A DNA stretch of 63,829 nt, the filler included, from Licmophora abbreviata (lineage: Eukaryota): assembly GCA_900291995.1 (NCBI GenBank). It is 12 parts of 12 records of this genome, joined end to end, with 100 filler letters (N's around TTAATTAATTAA, not from the genome) between each part and the next. Parts side by side here need not be neighbours in the genome. Positions count along the whole stretch, not along the records: positions 7,070 to 36,375 come from OLMU01000798.1; 11 more parts are not named here. The stretch is one strand, 5' to 3'. Both the position numbers and the translations under genes were made by a program. Below, piece by piece: positions 23,843-33,714 of the stretch (positions are counted from its first letter, which is position 1; each line of letters starts with the position of its first letter). Below the pieces are notes generated by a model that worked only from the letters and a program-made list of their open reading frames with translations, had not been told where the DNA came from and ran no database searches.

Positions 23843-25973
23843 CTATAGCACCGCAGATACTAGGGCCGATACCACTAGCGTCGTCGAAAGAACAAAACGT
23901 CGATTCGCATTGGTACTAGAGCTCGGTGCAAGAGTATCGTCTGGCACAGTAGTTGGCGACGGAGTTGGATCGTCCCCGGAACACGCGGCAGATGTATCAC
24001 TGGCATCAAAGCAATTGCATTTCGGGCGGGGACTTGCATCCCAGTCGCAGACTCCCCGACCTGAACAGGAGCTTGGACAGAATAAATGCGGGCAGACAGT
24101 GCGCAGCCGGGGACAGACCATGGTTGCGGACCCTCCGTTAGCAGTGCGGATGGAGAGCTCCTGAAAGTCAAACTCACAAGTTTGGCCGCCCACGATTAGT
24201 TTCTGTTCAGCAGCATTGCATGTAATCGGAAGACAGGCAGGGTTGAACGACACCGCTCCCAAAGTATGCAATGACACAGCGACTGTTGGCTCCGACGGCT
24301 TCGCCTTCGTAGGTCTCGCTGTATTCTGTGTTGGAATTGGTGCAGTCGATCCTAGTTGGAATGATGGGGAGAGGACAGAAGTCTGGAGTCGCTTCGATAC
24401 TCCCAAGAGCAGAATTCGAAAAGTAGCTGACACGGTCGTCTGGAAAGTATCGTTGAAACTCTTCTGCTACAGTGCTTGTATCGAACAAGTCACAGGCGGC
24501 AAACTCCGTGTGTGTCGGGTCACAGACAAGCTCGTTTGGCCCCACCGAGCCGTCGTCGTTGATGGCATTGATGGTCGAACAAAACACGTCTCGGCCATAG
24601 TCTGGCACTGCGTCGTCGATAATGCAGTCGCCATTAACAAAGTCACATCCTAGACCATGACCGAAAGGAGACGTTCCTACATTGCCATATAGCACCTTGT
24701 ACCACCCCGAGTCGTCCAATAGCGCCAGCGTTAAAGCCGAAAGGACAATGGCCGTTGCTGATTGCCGCTTGTAGACAGTTCCCATTAGTTCGGAGAGAGC
24801 AATCCGTTCATCCCAGTGAGAGCCGACACAGCTGTCAGAGGTAAGAGGCTGGTTCTCTAGACGCGCACCTGCGAGACTTTGGCAATTGTAATGATTCCGT
24901 GCAACGGTCCTGACGGTGGGCGTCACGACGTCATAGTATAAGAGCCCCTTATCGGTTTGACCCATTCGTACCGTTGCGTTGGACGGGAAAGTCATTCCTC
25001 GAACACTTCCGTCAACGCACGTGACCATCTGAGGCTCAAACGGTCGAGGTGTGAGTGGTGCTCCAGAAGTCTTGTCGCGAAAATACTTGAATAAGTGAAA
25101 CGCAAAGCCGAGAACGTGCCCTGCCTCATGAAGCCCCAAAGGTGTAATCACGTCAACCTCCTCGGCCCTCAGCGGCTCATCTCTTGCAGGTAGGTTGGGT
25201 ACGCAAAAGTTTATCAAGCCAATAACCGGTCGATCAAACTGGTCTTGGGCACACACAGTCGACACGGCCCGCCTCGTCTCAGTGCACTGAAAGACAGATA
25301 CCTCATTGTTAGCTTCGGTCGTCAACGTATCCTTGGCACTGACATACACAACTAGATCGGCACTATCTGAGGGGATTCGATCAAATTGGTCGTTTCGATA
25401 TATGCTGTAGCAGTCGTCGTTCTCTAGTGATATGGAGCCTTGTACAGGATGGACCGAGAGATGACTGGACAATATTTGCGCCATCTCGGGGATAACCTAC
25501 AAAAGAGGGAGAAGAGTAGCGTTGTTACATTTACGAGAGTGCAGAGTCCTTTCAAACATTGCGAAACACCATTTACATACATCACTGAGTACGGCATCGA
25601 TGAAACTGTTCAAGGCCAAACTTTCGCCCCGCCGAGCTTCGAGAGGCTGCGTGATGAATTGGATTCGCAGTGGCTCAAACGTTTCTCGCTCGTTATAGTC
25701 CAAGCCAACTTGCTCAGGATCTGATAACTGCAAGTTGCGCATATGTTCGAAGGGATGACTGGGGCCATAGTCGACGTTGACCTTCTGGATGCTGTTTTGG
25801 TTCGACATTAGGTCCTCCCATCCAGGCGGGGGCGGTGCGCGCCGATGATTGCTCGCAAGCTTCAATCCTGAAGAAATGAAATCATCAGCCCTGATTTGCT
25901 TGGTCATAGACAAAGCAAAGAAGGAGACACACGCACCAGCAAGACACGCGCTTGTTCTTTTGCTTCTCCTCAT
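23843..25973 (-). CDS. Leishmanolysin/GP63 (M8) metalloprotease with EGF-like domain and hydrophobic, possibly GPI-signal, tail; intron 25580-25497; apparent +1 frameshift at ~24241
   Basis: N-terminal signal-like segment, DQFDRPVIGLINFC, LHEAGHVLGF zinc motif, GARLENQP, SHWDER, Met-turn ELM, LTLALLDDSGWY. The second frame continues CPSSCSGRGVCDW and ends VLSTTLVVSALVSAVL. Confidence 0.9.
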
Positions 25974-26358
25974 CACTGGGAATTTTCGTACGATCGGCTG
26001 AACGAGTCGGTATATATCTAGATTCGAGCTCAGAGCGGCAATAATGCTCCAGTGACTAGTGACTGGTTTCGACGTCAGAAAGATAAGTGACAATCCTCAC
26101 TGGGATCTCTTCAGAACAACCAAATGGACTATGTGCCTTGGATTGGTGAAGGAGACACTCCGTTGGTTGCGGATGAGTGAAGAGATTCGAGAGAATGCTC
26201 GTGCAAAAAGGTGCAATCGGACGGTGCGTGATCGGTGTTCGGGAAAATCTGGCGCGCCGCGATATGATTGGCTTACATTTCACCAGCCTTCTCAATCCAC
26301 GTCATTGTCAGAAACAACAGCGACCGCAAAACACAATCCGCTCCGCGGTGCTTCGACC

Positions 26359-27504
26359 ATGGCGCTCCCGCCGGCTTGTCCAGCTCGTCGCTCTACAGGG
26401 CGCAAAGCGTCGACACCACCAAATAGTCGTCGCAGCAGCGGTCGTTTTTCACGCTCTGGATCCTCCGTCAGCAGTGCTCGTCCTCCGATCGTTTTGGAAT
26501 GGTCGTCATGGACCCTGCGCGTCGGCCAGGCCCTACAGAGTCGACCACAACATGTACTAGTCTTGGGTGATGATGAGGAGGACATCCAAAAGATTCGATC
26601 AAGAGAAGAATGGTATTATATCGTCTCTCCTTTAATTTCAGAACTGTATGACCGTCTCATGGTGGAACCATCGTCGCGGCGGGTGGTGTTGGTGCGCCCT
26701 CCGTTGCTGCCGGACTCGCTCGAGCTGGCACTACAACAGGTTCTCTGGGATATCGGAGTTCCCGCCGTGACTCTACAGAGTACTTTAGAAACCGTCCCTT
26801 ACGCCATGGGGTGGAAGCGTGGAATGGTTCTGTACGTTGGTAAACTAGAAGCTTTTTGTCAGGTCCATGTCGATGGACATGCACTGCGTCATACACTGCA
26901 AGGTACGAAAGCGACGTGTTTGGCTATTGGTAATTTCCCTGTGCAGCTAGTTCTTACAACTTGTACCTTTATTGATTCCATTAACTAAGTTGTCCCTTGT
27001 GGATACAAGCGAGTTGTCCCTACAATGAAGGGTGCCAAACCCACGATTGAAGCGGAATGGACAGAGGCAATGGATCACCACTGGCTCGACGAGCGACAAC
27101 CGAATAGCCTAACGATGGCTCTTTTGAAGTGTCTCGAGGGCTGCCCGAGGGAGTCACGACGAGACGTGATTGCAAATTTGGTCTTTTTGGGAGAAACTCC
27201 GTTACTGGTTCCCGACCTGGCTCGTCGCGTCGGGCGTAGACTGATTGCCTTGCTGGAGCGGAATGCCAAGCCAGTTGAAGATGAGGCGGGCGTGATGCAG
27301 TCCGCTCTTACTGTCGTTCCAGTTCCATGGAGCACCCTTACACCACTTTCGAACCATGTGGCGGTCACATCGACGGCCCCGTATCGTCCCGATATTGTTT
27401 CGTGGATCGGGGCCAGTTTGTGGGCAGCCGCGTGGCATCGACACGACGATAACGATGAACATGTACATTGGACGCATCCAACACAGAGTGGCGCCGATGC
27501 CTAG
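26359..27504 (+). CDS. Divergent actin-related protein (Arp10/Arp11-like); exons 26359-26902, 26990-27504
   Basis: Actin-like PIVLEWSSWTLRVG, LYDRLMVEPSSRRVVL, LKCLEGCPRESRRDVIANLVFLG, VSWIGASLW; GTACGA..TAAG intron keeps frame. Confidence 0.7.
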
Positions 27505-27515
27505 AGTAGAACATA

Positions 27516-28373
27516 CTAGCGTCTGGCTCCCGTTAATACTCTTGTGCTGCTCATTTTGGTGTCCGAGAGTAGAACTGCTGGAGAAGGGAATGATTCAGTC
27601 GACTCCCAATTCTCGTCGTCGACAAAGTCATGTCCTTCCTGCGATAGACTGGATATACTGGATCCATCTCCGTCTCTTCGTATATTCACTGGCATGAGGA
27701 CAGTCTCAAAAGGTAATGGTCTCCTTTCGGTATCTGCACTTTCGTTGTCGTTCCATTCGTCGTCGACACAGAAATGCTCGATGGGATTAACGACACCGGC
27801 AATCAGATCCCATTGAATTGGTAACCCACAAGCTTCAGCGGTGTTGATATGACATAGTACGTCTGCCAGCTCCTCAAGTGTTAATGACGACCTTTTCTGA
27901 TGTACCCTCTCTTCGCGGATAAACCCAGGTTTCTCCTCGTCTGACTCGTCTACTGCTTGCATACGTTTGATCAATTCGCTCGGCGTCATGCCGTCTATGT
28001 AGTGTGTCGCCATACTTCCCAGACTGAGAAGATCCGTGTCTGGTGTGCAGCTCAGTAGCTCAAGTGACTTTCGTGTATGCTTTGAACCTCCTAGCTCTAG
28101 GCTCAGGCTGTGGCTTCCTTTGCACACCGGACGTGGTTGTATTTGATCCAATGTCCGCTCGATTTTGACGATGCTATCCACGCTGCGTTGGATAGACGAC
28201 TTTTCACTGTGGTTGCTGAGATCCAACTGTCGTCTATGGACGTTGCCAGGAGAGATGTGCCCGTGACACGCGTACTTCTGGGAATTCGTTGGTTCCACAT
28301 TGGCTTCATTTGTTTTCCCGACAGTGACCCGCGAGATTGGAGGCACCGACGGCCGTCTCCAGTCAATGTTCAT
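27516..28373 (-). CDS. Hypothetical protein
   Basis: Open frame of ~285 aa from the first ATG (MNIDWRR); no recognised motif. Confidence 0.55.
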   Translation of the reverse strand: MNIDWRRPSVPPISRVTVGKTNEANVEPTNSQKYACHGHISPGNVHRRQLDLSNHSEKSSIQRSVDSIVKIERTLDQIQPRPVCKGSHSLSLELGGSKHTRKSLELLSCTPDTDLLSLGSMATHYIDGMTPSELIKRMQAVDESDEEKPGFIREERVHQKRSSLTLEELADVLCHINTAEACGLPIQWDLIAGVVNPIEHFCVDDEWNDNESADTERRPLPFETVLMPVNIRRDGDGSSISSLSQEGHDFVDDENWESTESFPSPAVLLSDTKMSSTRVLTGARR

Positions 28374-28794
28374 GACTGATCCAATACAATGCAAGACCAA
28401 GCGATGAGAGCGATCGAGTGAATATCATGGAGCGCTTTGAATTTCTGATTGCTGGTGTCCGTTGACTGCGATACGAGTGTCAGCAAGAAAGGATTGGGTC
28501 GGAGTGCACTCGACTTAGCTGTTCAGGCATATCAAAAATGTGAGGGCGGGACGGGCTGTAGTCTCTGATGCCAGTTCATTTAGAGTAATGGTCATTGACC
28601 ACTAAGTCCTTGTTAGGGAGGTCATGTGTCATGATGCAAAGACCCGAATTGCGAGCAGGGCGGTCTGAAGCATCGTGTTTATCTATACACCGCTCGCGGT
28701 TCTTTGATCATGCGTCTTGTGACTGACTTTTGATGACCGATGGGCATGCTGCGGCTTCTTTCCTTTCTACTCGTGACAATGAAGAGAACAAACG

Positions 28795-30441
28795 ATGAGC
28801 AGTGCTAGCGTAGAGCAAGAAATTCTGTCACTTCGTGCCAAGACGGAGGAAGAGCTGATAGCTAGCCGTGAGGAGAGGCAAAGACTCGAAGAGGAGAATT
28901 ATATGAAGGAGCTACATATTCTCGAGTTGGAACGCGAGATTGCGGGCTTTGAGCAAGAGAAGTCATTTGGGAGTATTGCATCCCTGAGTGCTACCGAACT
29001 AAGCATTTTTCGACAAGCAAAATATCCGTCGGCGTCTCTGTCGTCTCCCCGCCGGGTGCAGCGGCGTTGGTCTCTAAGCAAATCGCCGAGTTCCCCAGAA
29101 TCCGAAAAAGTCGATTCCAAGAAAGGGCGTCGCCATTCGTCGTCATGGAGAGGACCAACAAAGTTGGACGACGAAAATGAGGTTTTGGAGTACCTTTCCT
29201 GGATTGAACACGGGACGAAGATAATTCTAGAACACTCGAAGAAAGAGCTCACATGTCGAGAGGAGCAAGTCACAGCGCTTGAGATTACTTCCCTCGCCCA
29301 GGAGGACGCCATCTATAAATGCCGCGACAAACTCTTGGTGGTCAGAGACAACAAGGCGTCTCATAGTGGGAGTCGAGGTGACCAAACAGTCTTCAAAAAG
29401 GACGAGACTGATGACCAAACACTGGCGCTTACCACTCAAATGGAGGAAGCAAGTGAACTGTCTACACAAATAGAAGCCGACCTGAGGTGTTTGAGGAAAC
29501 TTCGTGAGCTCCCGGAAGCTGATACTCTTTGTGAAATGGAAGTTATACGAGACGAGATGATTGAGACTAGACGAAAGATGGAGTCTACCGAGAAAGAACA
29601 CGAGACCAACTTGGCCCTTGTCCGACAGCATCTCGAAACGGAAAAGTCAAAGCTTTCCCTGATTGAGATCCATCTTGGAATAATGAAGAGAGTGGGTATG
29701 CGCAGCTTACAAAGAATGGAAAAGAAAGCACTGTCGGGAGATGACCCGCAGCAATTGTCGACGATCCTACTACGGGCTGTTCATGCTTTAGACGAGGAGC
29801 TTGAGATACGGCGACCTCATTCAGACACGGAGGTTTCCCGCCTCGTACATGCAGCTACGGCAGTAACCAGGCAATCAGAAGCAAGATTATGCTGCATCCA
29901 GGCTTTGATGAGTTTGATTGAGTCTCTCCCGGATGATAGCTGCTGGCGAAGCGACATGCTGGATCGACTGCAGGTCGCTTCCGGGCGAGACGACGCTTCG
30001 TTTGTAACTGTACTGGATCACTTGGAAGGCGTGATGTGCATTGCAGTTTCAGAGTATGCAAAGGACAAAACACTGCTCTCTACGCATCTAGAAGTGCCTG
30101 TGGAGGATCAAGTCGCGGAGGCGTCTCGCGAAGATGCCTATGATCAGCTGATCGATCTGAAGACGCAGTTGGCAAAAACTGAAGACGAGTATGAATCTCA
30201 AGAGGCGAGCGTTCAAGCACTAACGCGCTTACTGGAAGGCGAACAGAAAAAGTACAAAGACGAGAATGGAACCTTAGGAGCGAGGATAGAACACCTTAAA
30301 AAGACGACTGAACAGCAGACAAAGCTGTGGGATTCCAAGGACCAAGAGCTCAAGCTGAAACTGGAAGAGGTCAAAAGCGTCAAGCACAGGACTGAGCAGT
30401 TGCGAGAAGTGCTGAAACACTTGCCTGGCCATCAATTATAA
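28795..30441 (+). CDS. Hypothetical coiled-coil protein (548 aa)
   Basis: Long ATG-initiated ORF rich in E/K/L/Q heptad-like segments. Confidence 0.75.
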   Translation: MSSASVEQEILSLRAKTEEELIASREERQRLEEENYMKELHILELEREIAGFEQEKSFGSIASLSATELSIFRQAKYPSASLSSPRRVQRRWSLSKSPSSPESEKVDSKKGRRHSSSWRGPTKLDDENEVLEYLSWIEHGTKIILEHSKKELTCREEQVTALEITSLAQEDAIYKCRDKLLVVRDNKASHSGSRGDQTVFKKDETDDQTLALTTQMEEASELSTQIEADLRCLRKLRELPEADTLCEMEVIRDEMIETRRKMESTEKEHETNLALVRQHLETEKSKLSLIEIHLGIMKRVGMRSLQRMEKKALSGDDPQQLSTILLRAVHALDEELEIRRPHSDTEVSRLVHAATAVTRQSEARLCCIQALMSLIESLPDDSCWRSDMLDRLQVASGRDDASFVTVLDHLEGVMCIAVSEYAKDKTLLSTHLEVPVEDQVAEASREDAYDQLIDLKTQLAKTEDEYESQEASVQALTRLLEGEQKKYKDENGTLGARIEHLKKTTEQQTKLWDSKDQELKLKLEEVKSVKHRTEQLREVLKHLPGHQL

Positions 30442-30837
30442 TCGAGGAGAACGCAGCGCGATGTGTGATAGCTAGCTAGGTGTCTTCCAGCTCATGTGAC
30501 GTATTAGAGAAGTAGGCGATGTAGAGTAGCTAACTTTACTTTCTTCTCTTCTACACATTGACATAGTCTACCAGGTTAACGTAGCTCCGTGTGTCCCGTC
30601 GATGAGCCCTTTTCCACGTGGAGCATGTCCGTACAATCCTACGGAGCTTCTACTAGGGGTTCTACCACAGTCCTCAAAGTACAGGTACGTATCGCTCTCG
30701 CTCGCCTTCGAGTTTGATGTTCATATCACAAACGCTCTTTGGGCTGTCAGAACTGCACAACTGACAACACTTTCCTTGCAGACTCCAGCCGCTCTGTTTA
30801 TCTAGGAAGGATTTCTCAGAAACCCAATCGCAGAACC

Positions 30838-31635
30838 ATGAAAGGATCGATTCTGTGCCTAGTCGCCATGCTGGGCGCAGCGCATTCTGTGCGCGGCCCC
30901 TTTGTAGCCACCAAGGCAGCGACGTATCGTCCAACATTACCGAGTGTTTTGGGCATTCCTCGTGGGGGAATGCAGCTCTTCGTCAAGACGCTAACAGGAA
31001 AGACAGTGTCTATTGAAGTCGAGGAGGGGGAATCGATCGAAGACGTCAAGGCAAAGATTGCTGAAAAGGAAGGGATCCCTCCGGAACAACAACGCTTGAT
31101 TTTTGGTGGACAGCAGCTGCAGGACTCCAAGACGCTAGACGACTACAACGTCGGCGACGATGCGACGCTGCATCTTGTGTTGAGACTCCGCGGTGGAGAC
31201 CGTTTCCGTGCTTCGGTGGATAAGGTATTGGGCCGTGGGTCGTTTGAAGTGGACGAGACGTTTGTCAAGGATCACCTGGTGGGACTCACTGATGAGGATC
31301 GCGACCTCATGAACTCCTTTGTCGCTCAGAGCCGCCAAGAAACATCTCTTCCGGAGGGAGACGAGAAGGAGGAAGAAGAACGCGAAATGCACGCTCGTCG
31401 TGCCCTGTTTCGTATCGGCGACGTGTTCTCCAAGCCGAACGACGACAGTCCGCTCAAGGATGTGCACAACCCGACCATGGTACGTGCCGGCGAGTTTGAC
31501 TACAAAGGACAGCTAGTCCCTACAGATGGACGCAGGGACACAAAGCTGAGCAAACTGTTCAGGAGACGGGACAACAAGGGAAAGCTGCTTGACGCTGTTC
31601 ACCGAATGAAGCTCGACCAACAGAAACTGCCTTGA
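30838..31635 (+). CDS. Signal-peptide-bearing divergent ubiquitin (ubiquitin moiety 30970-31197) with 145-aa C-terminal extension; probable periplastid symbiont-type ubiquitin
   Basis: 44-aa presequence [17 protein letters not shown]...IPRGG, then a 76-aa [12 protein letters not shown]...[10 protein letters not shown] with Q at position 48 and D at position 63. Confidence 0.9.
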   Translation: MKGSILCLVAMLGAAHSVRGPFVATKAATYRPTLPSVLGIPRGGMQLFVKTLTGKTVSIEVEEGESIEDVKAKIAEKEGIPPEQQRLIFGGQQLQDSKTLDDYNVGDDATLHLVLRLRGGDRFRASVDKVLGRGSFEVDETFVKDHLVGLTDEDRDLMNSFVAQSRQETSLPEGDEKEEEEREMHARRALFRIGDVFSKPNDDSPLKDVHNPTMVRAGEFDYKGQLVPTDGRRDTKLSKLFRRRDNKGKLLDAVHRMKLDQQKLP

Positions 31636-31698
31636 ACGAGCAACTTGAGTTATTGTAATTGCGATATCGCGGTGGATAGGTTTAACTACTTTTAGCTC

Positions 31699-33192
31699 TT
31701 ACGTTGTATGACGTGCAAACGCCACTGCAAGAACGATACCTGCGAGCGCCCCGCTCACCCATAGTTCGTCGGCGTACTTGTTGTCGGCTCTCCATTTTTT
31801 CTGCTGCGGTGTTTCTTTGGACTCGTTGGACTCTTCCTTCGAGTCTTCGGGATACGTATCGCCACCCATCCGCCATCGATATAGGGTAGTCTGTGCGGAT
31901 GGAGGACCTTTCGCTCTGAGCGATTCTTCTCGTAGTCGCTTCTCTTTCGACACTATCAGCACTTCCTGCAAGTCACGGGTGTGAACCGACAAGCTCTGCA
32001 TGAGTTCCAACGCATCGTTAAAGCGCGAGGGCTTCGATTGTGACTCCTCCGATGGAATTCGATGAAACTGGTTCCGAGCATTTTCGTGTTGATTCCACGT
32101 GCGCCAATCTTCCGCGATGGCGCCGCTGGATGATGGCATTGACGGCCTTCGAAAGTAGGCTTCGTAGATGCGGTGAAAGAACTGGACGAGTTTGGGATAG
32201 TCGGCCAGCACAATCACGAGATGAACATCACAGAGGGCATCAGCTAGATGGGCCCAGACGAGTGCATCGGCTGTCGTTGGACTTGTCGTCCCACTGATAA
32301 GGTAGTTACGTCCGTCTGACAATATGGCCTCGAGGCATTCGAATCCTTTTCGAGCGATCACGATCGCTTCTTCGGCACTCCAGAGAACTTTGAGCTGTTT
32401 CAAGGCAACCTTACGGATACTCCATGCTTGAAACAATGAAAAGAGTCGTGGTCGGTAGGAATTGGAGATGTCGTCGCACTGGCTTGCCGCTTGTTCGTAT
32501 TGCCTGCGATAAACCTGGTCCCAAGCATCATCGTCCCCATATCGCAACGAAATAAGAAGTGGATTCAACTGCGTGTACACAAGCGTCTCCAACATGTGCG
32601 CTTGTGCTTTTTGTTGAGGAGTTCTCAACTGCTCCACATCGAGATCCACCCCTCGTTCAGTTTGCAAGTAGTTGAGAATCGACGATCCCCATGGATGGTG
32701 GCGGCCTACCACGACGGGAGGTTTCGAGGGTCGAAAGTCCTTGAGGAGGGGCAGTGGACCTGTCGCTTCCATCGACGCGTAGGGAGAGTTTACCACCACA
32801 TGAGGGATGCCAGTGATGCGCAGTACCAATTGCTCCAACCACGCGATTCGATGTTGCACCAGCGTGAGGTGCTGCTGTGGATGCGTCGTCGAAAGTTGTC
32901 TACAGAAAAAGAGAAAGTCAGGACACGCAAGCAACGCCATGTGTAGTTCCACAAAAAGATGAGAACTGAGCGATTTTCCTCCGTACCTCGATATCGCAGC
33001 TTCTTCGTCCCTCCAGGCAGTGCTCGCGTTCACCTCATCATTGAGACAGTTCTGAGTTGCGCGCCGATTGCCCCAGACTTCGGTCCATCCTTCTTTTCGT
33101 TTCTCGAGCGATGGATTCCGACACCGCGACGAATCGAGATTGTGGACACTCTGAGCAATAGCCGAGCTGACTAACAGGGATAGCTCTCCCAT
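31699..33192 (-). CDS. Metaxin-like GST-fold protein with C-terminal transmembrane anchor; likely in-frame intron 32986-32900
   Basis: LRITGIPHVVVN..GPLPLL, ILNYLQ, GFECLEAILSDGRNYL, PTTADALVWAHL, YPKLVQFFHRI; hydrophobic tail LWVSGALAGIVLAVAF. Confidence 0.75.
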   Translation of the reverse strand: MGELSLLVSSAIAQSVHNLDSSRCRNPSLEKRKEGWTEVWGNRRATQNCLNDEVNASTAWRDEEAAISRYGGKSLSSHLFVELHMALLACPDFLFFCRQLSTTHPQQHLTLVQHRIAWLEQLVLRITGIPHVVVNSPYASMEATGPLPLLKDFRPSKPPVVVGRHHPWGSSILNYLQTERGVDLDVEQLRTPQQKAQAHMLETLVYTQLNPLLISLRYGDDDAWDQVYRRQYEQAASQCDDISNSYRPRLFSLFQAWSIRKVALKQLKVLWSAEEAIVIARKGFECLEAILSDGRNYLISGTTSPTTADALVWAHLADALCDVHLVIVLADYPKLVQFFHRIYEAYFRRPSMPSSSGAIAEDWRTWNQHENARNQFHRIPSEESQSKPSRFNDALELMQSLSVHTRDLQEVLIVSKEKRLREESLRAKGPPSAQTTLYRWRMGGDTYPEDSKEESNESKETPQQKKWRADNKYADELWVSGALAGIVLAVAFARHTT

Positions 33193-33714
33193 GGTAGTTG
33201 TTGATGAAGGGTACAACTTTGATGTGTGTCATGTGTGCTCGCACTTTGAACTTGGTCGCTCGGGCTCCCGTTTTGTTTGGTGTCGTCGCTCCGACGAGAT
33301 CGCACAGGCGCGCTTACTTCCTCCATTCTAAAGATTGCATGGTATCCAAAGGTCGTGATCAACAGAGACAATGACTAACAGACATCAGGTTCCTGTATGT
33401 GTCAATTTTTGATCATTGGCTATGCCAGCGCTTATGCGTAATTATCACTCTGTAAAAATGATACATGTTGTCTTTCCAAAAAAATGTAGATCAGTAAACA
33501 AAAGCAAGCCTGGTTTTCACAAGACTGTTGAAAATCATAGATAGACGCAGGAATAAAAAAGATATATTTTGATCCCGGCCGACAATCTACACAATCCTAC
33601 GACCGCGAAGCAAGCACGGAACAGGACCGTACGTTGAGTACGAACTGACTTGCGGGACCTGCGCGCGTCAGACAAACCTATACTTTATCATTCGTGAAGA
33701 GCGACTAGTCTACC

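Noticed and set aside
30970..31197. NEDD8/RUB or canonical polyubiquitin
   Set aside because: Arg72 is retained (NEDD8 has Ala), there is a single unit, and it has a presequence and lacks K48/K63.
30838..33192. Convergent ubiquitin and metaxin genes as an organelle-import cluster
   Set aside because: They serve different organelles and share no visible regulatory element; likely chance adjacency.
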